Shown here piece after piece: positions 10,229-18,485 of a stretch of 64,000 bases of DNA. The stretch is from positions 32,001 through 96,000 of the IMG/VR virus record IMGVR_UViG_3300019854_000029. The stretch is one strand, 5' to 3'. Made by a program: the position numbers and the translations under genes. The number at the start of each line of letters is the position of its first letter. Positions within the stretch are counted from its first letter, which is position 1. Below the pieces are notes generated by a model, which was given only the letters and a program-made list of their open reading frames with translations, was not told the DNA's origin and searched no databases. This DNA comes from a virus.

Positions 10229-11563
10229 ATGAGTTCGCTGCAATTGTCTGCCACACGTTTTAAGGGATTGTCGAGGCGATACCTCGCAGTCGTCGTACTG
10301 CTCATGGTGTCGGTGCTTGCGCTTGCGTTCTCGGGGCCGTCATACGCTTATGACGAGTCCTCGTCTCCGCATAACCAGAAAGATAAGCCTTCCACGTGGT
10401 GTCAGTATTGCGCGGACTCTGACTTCAACTACAACCCCAAAGAAAACAAGGGAATGTCGCAGCAAGACTCATACGATCTTGGTGCGGCTGGGTGTGGTAA
10501 TTTCGCGTTCACTGCAATGGAAGTGCGCGCGGGAGTGAAAGCACGCGGATACACGGTTCTCGATATGCGTTCTGAAGCGAAGAAACTCCAAGACGCAGAC
10601 AAGGACTCGCCGTTCGACGGCCAAGGCTGGCTCTACCAGAACAACTCGCAGGGCTTTAAGCAGGGCGTGGAGAACATTACCAACGGTGAACTCACTCTCG
10701 CCGGTATTGACGGGGACACGAATGGTGCCGGGCGTGGAAGCAACCAGTTCAGTGAAGATGACGTGCGTAACGCCATGAACGAAGGGTATTTCGTGGTCAT
10801 CATGGTCCAAATGGCTGGAAGCACGTCCCGCCACTGGATTGCGGGCGACTACGTTGAAGGCAACACGGTCCACACTATCGACTCCGGCGCGAAAGTCACC
10901 ACCCTTGACCGCACGCGCTACCCCGGTGGTATTGGCCCGATCTTGAAGTTCTCCCGTAAAGACGGGAAGAAACTCCAAGACCTCCCGCACATCGACGAAG
11001 CCGCCACGAACCTTGCCTCCAACAGTGGGGACTCGAACGTCGTCAACACGGGAATGTTGTCTGATTTTGACTTGCCCGGTATGCCTCCACGCACGCAGGG
11101 TGAAACCAAGCGCATGTCCTCTCAAGACATGGAAGAACTCGCGGGCGTTCAGCTTGCTAGTGCCAGTTTCGACAAGCTCAGTCAAACCGAGCGCGACAAC
11201 ATTGTGCAGATCAAGGAACAAAAGCAGCTAGAGGACGCGGCGAGCCTCGACGGCACGTTCTCGCTGGCTATCTCTGTTGTCGGTTTGCTCCTCATCGTGT
11301 GGGATGTTCTTCTTGCAGGCGCATACGCTATCGACCTTGTTTTCTCTGGGGTAGGGGCGTTCACGTTCTTGACGTTCGGCGGGTATGCGGTTCCTCCGGG
11401 CGGTCACGCGGATGAAGCCCTCGGAAGCCCCGACCGTGCGCGTAAGTGGCTCCCTATCCCCAAGGCTATTGGGGTGATGGTGTTGATTTTGCTTGCATCC
11501 GCCCTGTTGACGACGGGTATTTTGGCCGCTGGGATTCACAATCTAGTCACTAAAGTCGTATAG
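10229..11563 (+). CDS. secreted papain-like (C39-like) cysteine peptidase with C-terminal two-TM anchor module
   Basis: Signal-like N-terminus. Candidate catalytic Cys in GAAGCGNFAFTAMEV and His in SRHWIAGDYVEGNTVHTIDSG. C-terminal DFDLPGMP...LLLIVWDVLL module parallels that of 3063..4274. Confidence 0.6.
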   Translation: MSSLQLSATRFKGLSRRYLAVVVLLMVSVLALAFSGPSYAYDESSSPHNQKDKPSTWCQYCADSDFNYNPKENKGMSQQDSYDLGAAGCGNFAFTAMEVRAGVKARGYTVLDMRSEAKKLQDADKDSPFDGQGWLYQNNSQGFKQGVENITNGELTLAGIDGDTNGAGRGSNQFSEDDVRNAMNEGYFVVIMVQMAGSTSRHWIAGDYVEGNTVHTIDSGAKVTTLDRTRYPGGIGPILKFSRKDGKKLQDLPHIDEAATNLASNSGDSNVVNTGMLSDFDLPGMPPRTQGETKRMSSQDMEELAGVQLASASFDKLSQTERDNIVQIKEQKQLEDAASLDGTFSLAISVVGLLLIVWDVLLAGAYAIDLVFSGVGAFTFLTFGGYAVPPGGHADEALGSPDRARKWLPIPKAIGVMVLILLASALLTTGILAAGIHNLVTKVV

Positions 11564-11595
11564 GCCATACTGCTACTATTTGGGTACCCTATGGT
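11563..11595 (+). promoter_or_regulatory. conserved promoter-like element, copy A
   Basis: GGCCATACTGCTACTATTTGGGTACCCTATGGT, 30 nt upstream of ATG 11626. Confidence 0.6.
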
Positions 11596-11625
11596 ATTCT
11601 TTTGTGTAACAACAGAGGAGAACAC

Positions 11626-12213
11626 ATGCCGTCCGTATCGTCCCTACAAAACGCCACAATCCCACTGCCAGAGGTGAACGCAGCAGCCCGCAAGCTCCCC
11701 GCCGTCTGCCCTGAATGCGGGTGGGCTACGCAAATCAGAGTGGACTATACGCGCCTCGAATGCACCAACCCTTACTGCACGGCAAAAATCGTTGAACGAG
11801 CCTACAAGCTCACCCGATACTGCGGGGTAGAAACCCTCTCATGGGACGACGTTAATTCTCACGTGCGCTCTCTTAACGTGAAGAACCCGCTCCGGCTCCT
11901 TGACCCCATGAGCCGCCAGAAGCTCTCGGACCTCATCATCGCAAGCCCCCGGCTAGTTCTCCCAAACTACGTCACAGCCGCGTTCCTCCCGCATGTGGGA
12001 CACAGTGAAGCCCGAGCCTTATTCGCCCCCGAGCAGACGTTAGAGGAAGCCTACGAGGGTGTTCTCACGGGTGGCGTGGGATACATCAAGAACAAGCTCG
12101 CCATTCCAGACGACACATACAGCTCCCGAGCAGGGCGAATCTACGAAAGCCTCCTCGAATACAAGACCACCCTCGAAGATACGAAGCACCTCATCGAAAG
12201 CAGCCAGAAATGA
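11626..12213 (+). CDS. stand-alone Zn-finger/HhH protein resembling the C-terminal part of NAD-dependent DNA ligase LigA
   Basis: ATG 11626 follows AGAGGAG. CPECGW-x13-CTNPYCTAK four-Cys pattern, then NPLRLL and AAFLPHVGHSEARALF, which parallel the LigA Zn-finger and HhH segments. No adenylation or OB domain is present. Confidence 0.5.
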   Translation: MPSVSSLQNATIPLPEVNAAARKLPAVCPECGWATQIRVDYTRLECTNPYCTAKIVERAYKLTRYCGVETLSWDDVNSHVRSLNVKNPLRLLDPMSRQKLSDLIIASPRLVLPNYVTAAFLPHVGHSEARALFAPEQTLEEAYEGVLTGGVGYIKNKLAIPDDTYSSRAGRIYESLLEYKTTLEDTKHLIESSQK

Positions 12214-12716
12214 CCAGCAACGAGACTCATAAGGATTACACGGTGGTCGCATACGTCTCCCCACTGTTCGCCAGAGTGGGAGGCCGCACATGCACAATCA
12301 TGTTGAAAGCGGACAATGAAACCGTGCTTTGGGAGAAAGAAACACCCCTAGCGGAAGGCGTGAACGCGACATCAGTTATCCTCACGCTCCTCGCAGAAGC
12401 CCTCCCAGCTTTAGCGCCAAAGATCACGAACCCTGACGCTACGCTCACGTTCGAGGTGTACAAGGACACGATCTATTCAATCCTGAAAGACGGATACGTG
12501 AACCGCCGTTACCGTGAGGAAATCAAAACCCTCATGGGTAGTGCGGTAAACGTTATCCCTAACCGTAAAGTCAAGGTTGAGATGCTGAATGGGCGCTCAA
12601 AAATGCGTTCACTCAAACTGCTCGCAGAACACGAAAGCCCCGCTCCTGAAACGAAGCCCCTCGTTGACATGCTCCTTGAGGACTTTTTCGACGAACTCCA
12701 AGACCAAACCAAATGA
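12210..12716 (+). CDS. hypothetical protein (168 aa)
   Basis: ATGA overlap with the upstream gene. No catalytic motif recognised. Confidence 0.65.
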   Translation: MTSNETHKDYTVVAYVSPLFARVGGRTCTIMLKADNETVLWEKETPLAEGVNATSVILTLLAEALPALAPKITNPDATLTFEVYKDTIYSILKDGYVNRRYREEIKTLMGSAVNVIPNRKVKVEMLNGRSKMRSLKLLAEHESPAPETKPLVDMLLEDFFDELQDQTK

Positions 12717-12883
12717 CAACCAGCCAGAAAGACCAAGCCATGTTCCACATCAAGCGGCAACGCAAACGCAAGCCCCGCCACGCGCCCTACACGCAATCCG
12801 GCAAGCCGCCGGTCGTGAAAGAGTGCGACAAACCCAAGCGTGACCAGTTCACGCCGCCCATGTGGCCGTCAACGCCCCGCTAA
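12713..12883 (+). CDS. small basic protein (56 aa), absent from the ORF track
   Basis: ATGA overlap with the stop of 12210..12716. Translates to MTTSQKDQAMFHIKRQRKRKPRHAPYTQSGKPPVVKECDKPKRDQFTPPMWPSTPR. All F/H/Y/D/I/C codons end in C, as in neighbouring genes. Confidence 0.4.
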   Translation: MTTSQKDQAMFHIKRQRKRKPRHAPYTQSGKPPVVKECDKPKRDQFTPPMWPSTPR

Positions 12884-12905
12884 AACCGTGCGGTACTTCA
12901 GTAGA

Positions 12906-13472
12906 ATGAGGCTCGCTGACCCGGCGGGCCTGTGGCAAACGTTCGCGTCCATTAAGGAAGTCGCTCGACGCTACGACGTACCCACGTTGGAAATTATTCG
13001 AGCCGTACAAAACGACCCTGATAAGGACGCTTCACGCTATAACCTGTATGCGACGAGCGCAGCCGCAGCAGCTAACGACAAGAGACGCGAACAAACCCAC
13101 CAGTACCGGAACATCCCACTGTTAGAGGCAACGTCTAGCACCATTGAAGGCGTAAAAGACGGCTCCCTAGCTGGGACACTCGACGATGGGTTCCTCGCAT
13201 ACCGTGCCTACCAAGAAACCGTCGATATCGACAGTGACATCCCGTTCGAGGAAGCCGTTAAAGACCTCGACGCTCTCACGCTGAAATACGTTGAGGACGG
13301 CATCAACCTCAAGGCCATGATCGACGCTGCCCCCATCGTGAAGAGCGCGGCCCGTAATCTTGAAGAGTTCCTAGCCGCTCACCCCAGTGTCCGGGGGAGC
13401 GTTTTAGGGTATATCGCGTCCGCACCATCGTGGAAACAAACTAGGGACGCACTCACTCACGCAAATGAATGA
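12906..13472 (+). CDS. hypothetical protein, possible N-terminal HTH
   Basis: In frame with listed ORF 12840..13472. ATG 12906 is preferred because the GTG 12840 start would overlap the better-biased small ORF. N-terminus ASIKEVARRYDVPTLEIIRAV looks HTH-like. Confidence 0.6.
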   Translation: MRLADPAGLWQTFASIKEVARRYDVPTLEIIRAVQNDPDKDASRYNLYATSAAAAANDKRREQTHQYRNIPLLEATSSTIEGVKDGSLAGTLDDGFLAYRAYQETVDIDSDIPFEEAVKDLDALTLKYVEDGINLKAMIDAAPIVKSAARNLEEFLAAHPSVRGSVLGYIASAPSWKQTRDALTHANE

Positions 13473-13486
13473 ATATGCGTCCCTAG
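13441..13486. terminator. hairpin between convergent genes
   Basis: Perfect 11-bp arms CTAGGGACGCA / TGCGTCCCTAG with a 24-nt loop that contains the stop codon, followed by GTTTTAG. Confidence 0.4.
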
Positions 13487-13502
13487 CAGGGTTTTAGTGG
13501 TC

Positions 13503-14009
13503 TCAGCCCCGTGTATTTAGGGCCTTTTGTGCATAATCAACGACGCGAGTGAATGAATCTGCACCGAGAATGCGGTCAATAGCAGCCTGATCGCGAGTCA
13601 AAATCTCCCGAACAAGCGCACTCTGAGAGGCCAGTTCCTCAATCTCCTCCAACGAACGCACCTCACCGCCCTTATTGACGGCAAGCAACGCGAGTTCAGC
13701 GGCAGCAAGCGGGAGATACTGCTTACGGTCCTTACGGCCCGCGAGCGCGCGACGCATAGAGAACGACTGGTGAGCGACCTGCGAGCGGGAAATACGGAAC
13801 TGCTTGATGTACGAGTTAGCAACCTTATCGGCATTGTCGATGAACATGCGCGGGTGCATGTCGGCAAGCTGGCGAGTGAGTTCTTCTGCTGCTTGAGCGT
13901 ACTTCTCGTCCCACCCGCAGTATTCGGTGATGAGACGCGCGTAGCGTGGGGCCTTCCCAGCGGCAGTGTCGTCAATAACGGGTGCGGGGATGAAAATGCG
14001 TTGAGTCAT
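13503..14009 (-). CDS. hypothetical protein
   Basis: ORF 13503..14060. Internal ATG 14009 is preceded by ACCGAAAGACAAACCAATC, the leader/RBS style seen at other genes here. Confidence 0.6.
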   Translation of the reverse strand: MTQRIFIPAPVIDDTAAGKAPRYARLITEYCGWDEKYAQAAEELTRQLADMHPRMFIDNADKVANSYIKQFRISRSQVAHQSFSMRRALAGRKDRKQYLPLAAAELALLAVNKGGEVRSLEEIEELASQSALVREILTRDQAAIDRILGADSFTRVVDYAQKALNTRG

Positions 14010-14099
14010 GATTGGTTTGTCTTTCGGTTTGGTGCCTATCAGCGGTGTTTGTACGCTCATAATCGTACTAAAACCGCCACAAAACGCAAAATCTATTTC

Positions 14100-14765
14100 C
14101 TATTTAGGTGCTTTCTGTTTCGTCACAGTCAGAATCTCCTCTAAAGACACGGGTTTCAAGCCCCACACGTCCACGCCGACATTCACTGCCACGCCCTCAT
14201 CCCCACCGAGGAACGGTGTTTTCGCGTGAGTATGCCCATACAAGTAGACGCGCCTCCACACTCCGGCGGACTTCACTAGCGGACGCGACCACCGGAACCG
14301 GGGAAGAGGCGAGGCCATTGCTTCACCGTCGCGCACGTGACAGCGCGTCCGGTTACACGCATCAACGAATTGGAGAGGCGGATAGTGACAGACATCGACC
14401 TCCACGGGGCCGAAACCGTCAACGTCAGCGAAAAAGTTCAACATCGGCGTGAGCGTTGAAAACACCGTGCAATACAAGGCGTTCTCGCGCGCCGTGTTCG
14501 CCTCATGGTTCCCGCGTACCAAGTGCATACGCCGGTATCCCACGCGGTTCTTCAACGGGGCCAACAGTTCGACGGCATGTTCAACGCTACGAGCGCCCCC
14601 ACTGGTCACGTCACCAACAATGAACACCTCGTCGCCTTGACGGACTTTCCCCAAGAGGCCACTCATGATCGCATCGTCATGCGCCGCAATATCCTTACGG
14701 AAGCCGCGCTGTTTGGTGAGCTGCGGGCTACCCAAATGCAGGTCGCTAGTGAACCAATACGTCAC
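14100..14765 (-). CDS. metallophosphoesterase (calcineurin-like phosphoesterase family)
   Basis: Ordered motifs SDLHLG, VGDVTSGG, RGNHE, CHYP and YGHTH. Confidence 0.85.
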   Translation of the reverse strand: MTYWFTSDLHLGSPQLTKQRGFRKDIAAHDDAIMSGLLGKVRQGDEVFIVGDVTSGGARSVEHAVELLAPLKNRVGYRRMHLVRGNHEANTARENALYCTVFSTLTPMLNFFADVDGFGPVEVDVCHYPPLQFVDACNRTRCHVRDGEAMASPLPRFRWSRPLVKSAGVWRRVYLYGHTHAKTPFLGGDEGVAVNVGVDVWGLKPVSLEEILTVTKQKAPK

Positions 14766-14792
14766 CGAAACTTACCTTCCACGACGCTTACG

Positions 14793-14807
14793 TTAGAAAC
14801 GTTCTAA
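14793..14807. promoter_or_regulatory. inverted repeat in a divergent promoter region
   Basis: TTAGAA-ACG-TTCTAA, perfect 6-bp arms, between divergent genes 14765(-) and 14880(+). Confidence 0.3.
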
Positions 14808-14879
14808 ACCGATATCTAAACAATCGCAGCCAACAGGCAATAGCCTCGCTTAAAACACCGGAACGGAGAAAAACAAGCC

Positions 14880-15557
14880 ATGCTGATCTATCCCGCGAAC
14901 CTTGAAATCGCACGCTTTGAGGAAACACCACAGGTCGAGCGATACGAGTTCAGGTCGAAAACAATCCGCTCATTCAGAGTGTTTCTCCAAGCCGCCACAG
15001 CCAAGAAAGAAAACGGCATCGTCTACACACAGTTCGCCCTATACGACAAGCACGGGGAAACAGCCGCGTGGAACGTTGTCGGCCCGTGGACCGGAGCCGT
15101 GCCCATCCGCCGCGTAGCAGCAAGCCTCCTCGCCACCGTAGACGAGCACGCACCAAATCGGAAAGACTACGAGAACATTGCGCGGCGCATCCGCGTAGAA
15201 ACAACGAAAGAAGGCGGATTCCCGAGGCAAGGCCGCACCTGCGACCTGTTCGGTGAACCACTAGCCGTCAACCCGCCATACAGCCGCTACGGGTTCATTC
15301 GCATCCCCCAAGAATACGAGGAAAAGACCGACGAAAACCGGCGTAAGATCAGGGAAACCGTCAACGCCTCATGGGTTGCCCACCGTGCGGCTGTGAGCGC
15401 GACGCTCACTGCGGCTGACAGTATGTTCGAGGGAGCGTACCGAGACACGTACCTGTCTGTCCTCAGACAGTGCATGTTCGCTTACTCCTACCAGACTGGT
15501 GTTATTCCGCCCGAAATTGCCGACTCCATGCAGGAAAATAGACTGTACATGTTCTAG
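14880..15557 (+). CDS. hypothetical protein (225 aa)
   Basis: ATG ORF preceded by GGAGAAAAA. No motif recognised. Confidence 0.65.
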   Translation: MLIYPANLEIARFEETPQVERYEFRSKTIRSFRVFLQAATAKKENGIVYTQFALYDKHGETAAWNVVGPWTGAVPIRRVAASLLATVDEHAPNRKDYENIARRIRVETTKEGGFPRQGRTCDLFGEPLAVNPPYSRYGFIRIPQEYEEKTDENRRKIRETVNASWVAHRAAVSATLTAADSMFEGAYRDTYLSVLRQCMFAYSYQTGVIPPEIADSMQENRLYMF

Positions 15558-15581
15558 ACCTAGCGAGGAAGGGACAAGATC

Positions 15582-15818
15582 ATGCCGTACTACGGATTCT
15601 CAATGGAAACGCGGGGGCGTTGGGTGAAACTCCCAGACGGTACTTTCGGCGTGAAAACAGACGGGGCAGCCCAGCGCGGCATGGTCATCGAAGTGCAAGC
15701 ACGCAGTGGAAACATTCAACAGCGCCGACTCACGCAACAGGTCGGCTTTAACCTCTGGAAAACTGTTCCCGCTGACGGGCCGAACCGTTACGGTGGCATG
15801 GAGTGCTGGGACTACTGA
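15582..15818 (+). CDS. hypothetical protein (78 aa)
   Basis: ATG ORF preceded by GAGGAAGGGA. Confidence 0.55.
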   Translation: MPYYGFSMETRGRWVKLPDGTFGVKTDGAAQRGMVIEVQARSGNIQQRRLTQQVGFNLWKTVPADGPNRYGGMECWDY

Positions 15819-15835
15819 TTTAGGTGCAAAAAATG

Positions 15836-15886
15836 TTTTTCCCGGCCCTGGGTGAACCTGTCAAAGCCACCAGAGCCGGGAAAAAA
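15836..15886. terminator. bidirectional intrinsic terminator
   Basis: TTTTT-CCCGGCCCTGG...CCAGAGCCGGG-AAAAAA. An 11-bp stem with one mismatch, flanked by T5 and A6, between convergent genes. Confidence 0.7.
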
Positions 15887-15934
15887 CCCTCCAGAAAGCC
15901 GTTAAAACCAGTGTAATAAAGGCTTTCTCTGAAA

Positions 15935-16207
15935 CTATACGTTATCGGTGTTCTGTGCGTCTACCAGTTCTCGTATTCGCACCGTGCTCACTTTCCTGCC
16001 GGTGTCAGCTAGGGAGAGGAGCGTTAGGAACTCGGGCATTGTGGGAGCGCGGTTCCCGCTGTTGATGTTCGCTAGGCGAGTGGTGCCGATGCCGAGGGCT
16101 TGAGCGATGTCCTTGTTTGTGCAGCCGCGTTGTTCTTTGACTCGCAGTAGGGTCTCGGTCCATAAGGCTAGGCTTTTGTAGGAGTTCTGTAGTGGTGTTC
16201 GGGCCAC
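15935..16207 (-). CDS. XRE-family helix-turn-helix transcriptional regulator
   Basis: CTNKDIAQALGIGTTRLANINSGNRAPTMPEFLTLL is a typical HTH_XRE pattern. Confidence 0.75.
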   Translation of the reverse strand: MARTPLQNSYKSLALWTETLLRVKEQRGCTNKDIAQALGIGTTRLANINSGNRAPTMPEFLTLLSLADTGRKVSTVRIRELVDAQNTDNV

Positions 16208-16211
16208 GGTT

Positions 16212-16760
16212 TCACCTCGCTTCTTCTAGGTTATGTTCCCCGTTGAGGGCAATGATCTGGTAGTAGGCCGCGAACTTACGCGGGGAAAGAACCCTCAGCC
16301 CGTCTTGGGCTTTGATAATCCAATCTCCCGCGTGTGCGATTCTCACGTGTTTGACGGCTTGCCTTGTTGTTGGGTCGTTTCCACGCGCATACACGCACAG
16401 GGTGGTCCCGATCATGTATGCGTGGTCTCTTCCGAGCCACGTGAGGATACGCCCCTTGGGGACGGGACCGACCATTGCCGCGATATACAGGTTTTCTGGG
16501 TTCTGTTTTGACGACACGAGAACAGCCGCTACGGGCGTTGGCCTAGTCTCAGGCGGGCTGACGACTTTCATGCCGTCATTGAAAGGTAGGTAACAGTACG
16601 TGGGGGGAATGAGGTTTTCCCGTTCCGTGCGTTGCCTGTTTCGCCTAGCAAGTTCTTGCCGCTGTTGTTCTTTCCGGTTGATGCACATTGCGCGCCGCTC
16701 GCAGGCGGGTAGCGTGGCTGCGCTACGAGCGGCGGCAATGATCTCGCTTGCGGTAGGCAT
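16212..16760 (-). CDS. hypothetical protein (182 aa)
   Basis: Its start overlaps the SSB stop by 1 nt. No motif recognised. Confidence 0.6.
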   Translation of the reverse strand: MPTASEIIAAARSAATLPACERRAMCINRKEQQRQELARRNRQRTERENLIPPTYCYLPFNDGMKVVSPPETRPTPVAAVLVSSKQNPENLYIAAMVGPVPKGRILTWLGRDHAYMIGTTLCVYARGNDPTTRQAVKHVRIAHAGDWIIKAQDGLRVLSPRKFAAYYQIIALNGEHNLEEAR

Positions 16761-17197
16761 TAGAACGGGGGCTGGGGGTTGTATTCGTCCGAGTAGTCTA
16801 CGGAAGCCGGGGGAGCGTCATACTGGCGCGGAGCGCCCGTTTCCGTGGCCTTGTAGGTCTTGAACAACAGGGACGGGCCAACTTCTTCAACGCGCATTTC
16901 CGTGGAGGTTCGCTTATTGCCGTCACGGTCAGTGTAGGAAGAGGCAACGAGCGTGCCGGTCGCGATCACGCGGTCACCCTTACGGAGCGTTTCAGCGACG
17001 TTTTCAGCGGCCTTGCCCCACAAGACGCAACGCATGTACAGCGTGGACTTTTCCACCCACTCGTTGCGCTCGCGGTCATAGCTGCGCTCACTGCTCGCAA
17101 TCGTGAACGTTGCCATAGCCTTACCGTTCGTGTTGAAACGAACCTCGGGGTCAGCGGTGAGGCCACCGACGATAGTGAACGTGTTCAGAGTAGCCAT
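16760..17197 (-). CDS. ssb: single-stranded DNA-binding protein
   Basis: OB-fold N-terminus MATLNTFTIVGGLTADPEVRF...LYMRCVLWGKAAENV, and a C-terminal tip DYSDEYNPQPPF. Confidence 0.9.
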   Translation of the reverse strand: MATLNTFTIVGGLTADPEVRFNTNGKAMATFTIASSERSYDRERNEWVEKSTLYMRCVLWGKAAENVAETLRKGDRVIATGTLVASSYTDRDGNKRTSTEMRVEEVGPSLLFKTYKATETGAPRQYDAPPASVDYSDEYNPQPPF

Positions 17198-17257
17198 AGT
17201 TGGCCTGCTTTCTGTTGGTTGTTTTGGTGGTTTGTTGTAGCCAAAATGAGGTGTCTG

Positions 17258-18379
17258 TCAGCGGTGTCCGCCCTCAGTCCAACGACCGTTCGCGTTGCCG
17301 TTAGACCACTGGCCGTCCTTGTAAATCTGGTTGCCGCTATTGTCATGGCAAGTGGTAGAACCGTTGGTCTTGAGGGTGCAGTTGTAACCAAGACTGGGGT
17401 CTGATTCCTCGCTGTAAGTCCAGTAGCTCTCGCCGGTAGCGCGGCCCTGAGAACCGCCAGTAGAACCGGCTGAATGCGAGGCGGAGCCGCCACCATTGCT
17501 GTATGAGCGGCCACCAGTAGAACCTGCGGAGCGAGAGTACGAGCCGCCACCGTTGCTGTAGGAAGAACCACCAGCATTGGACGAAGAAGCGGCAGCAGCA
17601 GCCTGAGCAGCCTGCTCAGCTTCCCACTGACCATGCGAGTCACGAACCTGATTCGACTTCTCACCCAAAGCGTTCACAGCATCGGTCAGCTTCTTTTCCT
17701 CATCGACGTTCCACTTGCGGTCATCGCCCACGTGCGAACGATTCTTCACAGCCTCGCGTGCTTCATCAAGGGTCTTAGCAGTGTCGTCGATGGTGGACTG
17801 TAAGCCGTCACGGGTCGCATTGTCCTTGACCTTCCCATCGGTTTCACCCATGAGATTCTTCGCGTCATTCACGGCTTGATCTGCCTTGTTAGCGGCTTCG
17901 TCGAGCTTCTTAATGGTCAGGTCATCAAGCTCGCCCGCAATAGGAGTCATAGCAGCGTTGAGCTTGTTCGTGGAGGTCTTAGCCTGATCGAGAACCTTCT
18001 TCAAGGACTCGATCTTCTCGTTACTGGCCTTCGCGTTGTTGGGAGCCTCAGTCAGAGCGGTAACAGTCGCGTCCGAATCAGCGTAAATAGCCTTGAGAGC
18101 AGTCACGTTCTCGGAAGTAAGACCGTATTCGTCGGCCAGAGCGATAGAGGACTGTGCGGACGTGCGGGCAGTACCGAACGCGGTCTCGGCTTCAACGAGT
18201 TCAGCCTGAACCTTCTCAACGCCGGAGACTACGTGACGGTTATTGACGTAGGCGTAAGAGCCGCCAGCGATACCTGCGATAACAACGGATGCTGCGGCAA
18301 CGAGCGCTACGAGCGCCTTTGCGTTGGGCTTGGGGGGATTGGTTTCCTCAGCGGCGGTGTTAACGGTTTCAGTGTTCAT
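17258..18379 (-). CDS. membrane-anchored coiled-coil protein with Gly/Ser/Tyr repeat region and Cys-containing C-terminal domain
   Basis: ORF 17258..18421. ATG 18379 has an AGAAAGAAA RBS. One TM (LVALVAAASVVIAGIAGG), a long Ala/Lys/Asp/Glu-rich helical region, then SNGGGSYSRSAGSTGG repeats. Confidence 0.6.
   Translation of the reverse strand: MNTETVNTAAEETNPPKPNAKALVALVAAASVVIAGIAGGSYAYVNNRHVVSGVEKVQAELVEAETAFGTARTSAQSSIALADEYGLTSENVTALKAIYADSDATVTALTEAPNNAKASNEKIESLKKVLDQAKTSTNKLNAAMTPIAGELDDLTIKKLDEAANKADQAVNDAKNLMGETDGKVKDNATRDGLQSTIDDTAKTLDEAREAVKNRSHVGDDRKWNVDEEKKLTDAVNALGEKSNQVRDSHGQWEAEQAAQAAAAASSSNAGGSSYSNGGGSYSRSAGSTGGRSYSNGGGSASHSAGSTGGSQGRATGESYWTYSEESDPSLGYNCTLKTNGSTTCHDNSGNQIYKDGQWSNGNANGRWTEGGHR
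17445..17580 (-). repeat. imperfect ~48-nt in-frame tandem repeat encoding the Gly/Ser/Tyr-rich segment
   Basis: The peptide unit GGSYSRSAGSTGGRSYSN is followed by GGGSASHSAGSTGGSQG. At DNA level CCACCAGTAGAACC...GAGCCGCCACC recurs. Confidence 0.5.
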
Positions 18380-18420
18380 GGGAAGTGTTTCTTTCTGTGT
18401 GACAGGTTTGCTTGATGACA

Positions 18421-18453
18421 CCCACTGTAATACCTATTTAGGTACATTGCAAG
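18421..18453 (+). promoter_or_regulatory. conserved promoter-like element, copy E (weaker 5' half)
   Basis: CCCACTGTAATACCTATTTAGGTACATTGCAAG. The TTTAGGTACA core is in register with the other copies. Points toward ATG 18591. Confidence 0.45.
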
Positions 18454-18485
18454 TCTGTTTTCGTAGTGTTCGCCACACAAACACG

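Noticed and set aside
8714-10243. 509-aa ORF on the minus strand opposite the LGFP-repeat gene. Similar long shadow ORFs occur at 24535..25755, 32871..34085, 34138..34839, 48694..50193, 50200..51354, 60522..61682 and 61695..62390.
   Set aside because: These are typical high-GC antisense shadow ORFs. They are Arg/Gly/Val/His-rich and low-complexity, have no RBS, and lie opposite genes with clear domain signatures and the local codon bias.
3840-11100. The LPGMP strings in the two hydrolases (ELPGMPKK, DLPGMPPR) could be sortase-type sorting signals.
   Set aside because: They are not followed directly by a hydrophobic helix plus a basic tail, since about 60 aa intervene. They also differ from the LAHTG signals used by the adhesins here. 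A conserved linker motif of the shared module is more likely.
14090-15830. Two extra ATTTAGGTGC strings (about 14103 and 15820) resemble the TTTAGGTAC core of the conserved element.
   Set aside because: They lack the upstream GCCATA box in register. One lies inside the 3' end of the phosphoesterase gene and the other directly after a stop codon, and neither points at a gene start. Probably chance.
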